From the NCBI GenBank assembly GCA_964252035.1, contig OZ176208.1: DNA of 64,000 bases. The stretch is one strand, 5' to 3'. The notes beneath the pieces were generated by a model. That model was not told the DNA's origin, did no database searches, and worked only from the letters and a program-made list of their open reading frames with translations. The position numbers and the translations under genes are program-made. The DNA is from Podarcis erhardii. Lineage: Eukaryota. Of this stretch, positions 61,905 to 64,000 are shown in pieces; positions within the stretch are counted from its first letter, which is position 1; each line of letters opens with the position of its first letter.

Positions 61905-64000
61905 GTAAGTAATTGGCTTGATAGCTTGGAGGAGACTGTTATATACTGTAGGAATCAAACAAATACCTTGACTGAAGTTGATTGGTATCGTGATGTAGTG
62001 TTGTTACAAAAAAGTGAGGCGATACCTGTTCATCAGCGCAAAAGGTGAGATGGCAGGCAAACGTGGCTCGTCAGTAGCAGAAGTGGCACTGAGCAATGGC
62101 GAAGTGGTACTACTGAACCCCCCATTACATCACACCATACAGGAAATGCACAGTGTGATGACATCATACATTTCCCTACCTACCTACCAACTGGAGAAAA
62201 GGAACAGTGGGATTCAGGTTGCTGTTTTGAGTTGCAGGCACATGAACAGTATTAAGTCTTGTTCAGTTAACAAGCACCAAATACGAAAAGAAAAAGTAAC
62301 TAGTTTGTAGATTTTTGTATAGAAAATGAGCGGTATCCAAGTGACTGCCTTTATGGACAGGGCTTCAGCGAGGGCACCAACACTGCCCACCCCCTGTATT
62401 GTACTGCAGTCTTCCATGGAATAATATTTACTGTTGCAGACGGTCGCCCAAACCCTCAGGAACAGCTTGTGGGTGGGATAAGGTGGATGCAGGAGATAGT
62501 TTGGTAAAAACTGGCTGACCTGACTTGCAGAAAGGGAAGCGCTTCCACAAAGGCAGTGCCACCATTGAATACAACCAAGTGAGAAAGCTACTTTCTGGGC
62601 CTACTGGGTAAGGGATCTGCTTATGTGCTGGGAGAAATAATTTAATGAGTAATGTTCTGCAAGCAAGAGGACAGGAAGTTTCTTTTGAGTCATCACATGG
62701 TTTAAAACAGAAAGCAAAGTTCATGAACTGTGCTCAGAGCTAACCTTGTGAGTCAGTGCAAGTCAATTTTAGGCACTCGATCAGAATTCCATTGAAATGT
62801 AAGGGTGTAATTACAAATGCTGAAAATCTTTGTATGTGAAACCCAAGTTTTCAATTGCTGCTGTCCTCTGCCCCACCCTCACCCTCGCCACCCCCTGCCC
62901 TCAAGCCACAATTCTCAGTACCTCTTATTTCTGCGTAATCTTATTGAAGTCCATGCAGCCATTTCAAAGTACGGCTATTTGTGAATAGTATCTCCAGTCT
63001 TTCAAAGACAATGCAAATTGCTTTGAACCAGAATGAGTCAGTCATACGCAGGCTTTAAAATTCAACAACTCATTTAAATGTATTGTTATTGACATAATTC
63101 CCAACTTATTCTCCAAAGGGATTTTGGTTTCTTTATGAGCTTCTGTTTTGTGGAACCACCAGTTACAAGAGGACAGCCTACTGCTAAGTGCCTCTTTAAA
63201 GCTGATTAATTGTACAGCAAGAGCAAGCAAACTTCTCAGCTCCATTCTTATGATGTAGCAAGGAAATACACTTTTGATACACATGCTGTGCACAGAATCT
63301 TTGGCCTCAGTATGTGAGAGGCCACATATAAATGTGCTTCTTTGTACTTGACTGGCTTATTTGTGAAGACGCAGTACAGTATGGTGCATTTCAGGTCAAA
63401 TCTGCACCAAAGCCCGAGGTCTGTTTACAGAACATACATATGGAATTATTTGTCAAGTAATGTGCTGTTAATTAAAACACTGAAATATCTCGGTGGGAGT
63501 CAGAGTATTATTAGTACTGCAGTAACAGCTCATTCCTTTGAGACTAGCTTTTGCTTTTGAGGAGGGGGGGGTAGATGTTTTTCTGCTCAACATCAGCTTG
63601 CTCTGCAAACCAGATTAGTTAAAGTCCTTGGATTCAAGCCAGTAGAGTTGCATTGAAGTCAGTGAATCCAAGTCAGCATCAGTTCAAATGCTTCAGATTT
63701 ACCGTATTATGTAGCAAGCTGCCTGTGAAAGTTGGGGTGGTGCGTGCGTGCAATATTTTGAACCGTGCCAGTAAAATGGTGCATCATATATTTTCAGAGC
63801 CAGAACTAATTATACTCTCCATATATAATTGGACAGAATTTAACAAACACCAGGGGAAATATCCGTTATTTGTGGGTTGTTGTACTGTCTGAAAATGTGT
63901 TGGGGGACACTGCTGCGAAAAGTTGTTCATGTGGCGTTCCCCCACATCAGAATCTCTGTGCACATGGAAGCCTGTTGAGAGGTATTCAATGAAGCTATGC

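Overview
Vertebrate genomic DNA from a squamate, most likely a lacertid lizard, judged from the Sauria-, Squam3- and Squam2-type SINEs and Bov-B. The window holds six consecutive + strand coding exons of the mineralocorticoid receptor gene NR3C2 (human exons 3-8: 16829-16968, 37299-37415, 45887-46222, 47470-47614, 56922-57052, 61747-61904). All splice sites are AG/GT, the phases chain correctly, and the 1027 nt encode the DBD, the hinge and most of the LBD. Exons 1-2 and 9 lie outside the window. The introns contain L2, Bov-B and L1-like fragments, several SINE families, Tc/mariner and hAT MITEs with TIRs and TSDs, two solo LTRs and microsatellites. Nearly all other ORFs in the track are spurious or TE-derived. 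I found no convincing new multi-gene system. The best leads are: (1) a retained +12-nt alternative donor giving an MR+4 isoform with KSSW instead of mammalian KCSW; (2) a conserved open alternative frame for the delta5,6 isoform; (3) two cleanly nested retro-insertions; (4) two antisense solo LTRs, one with a long acidic ORF; (5) a perfect DR1 element; (6) non-conservative LBD substitutions in exon 8. Comparisons with human MR and TE family names are from memory and need database confirmation.
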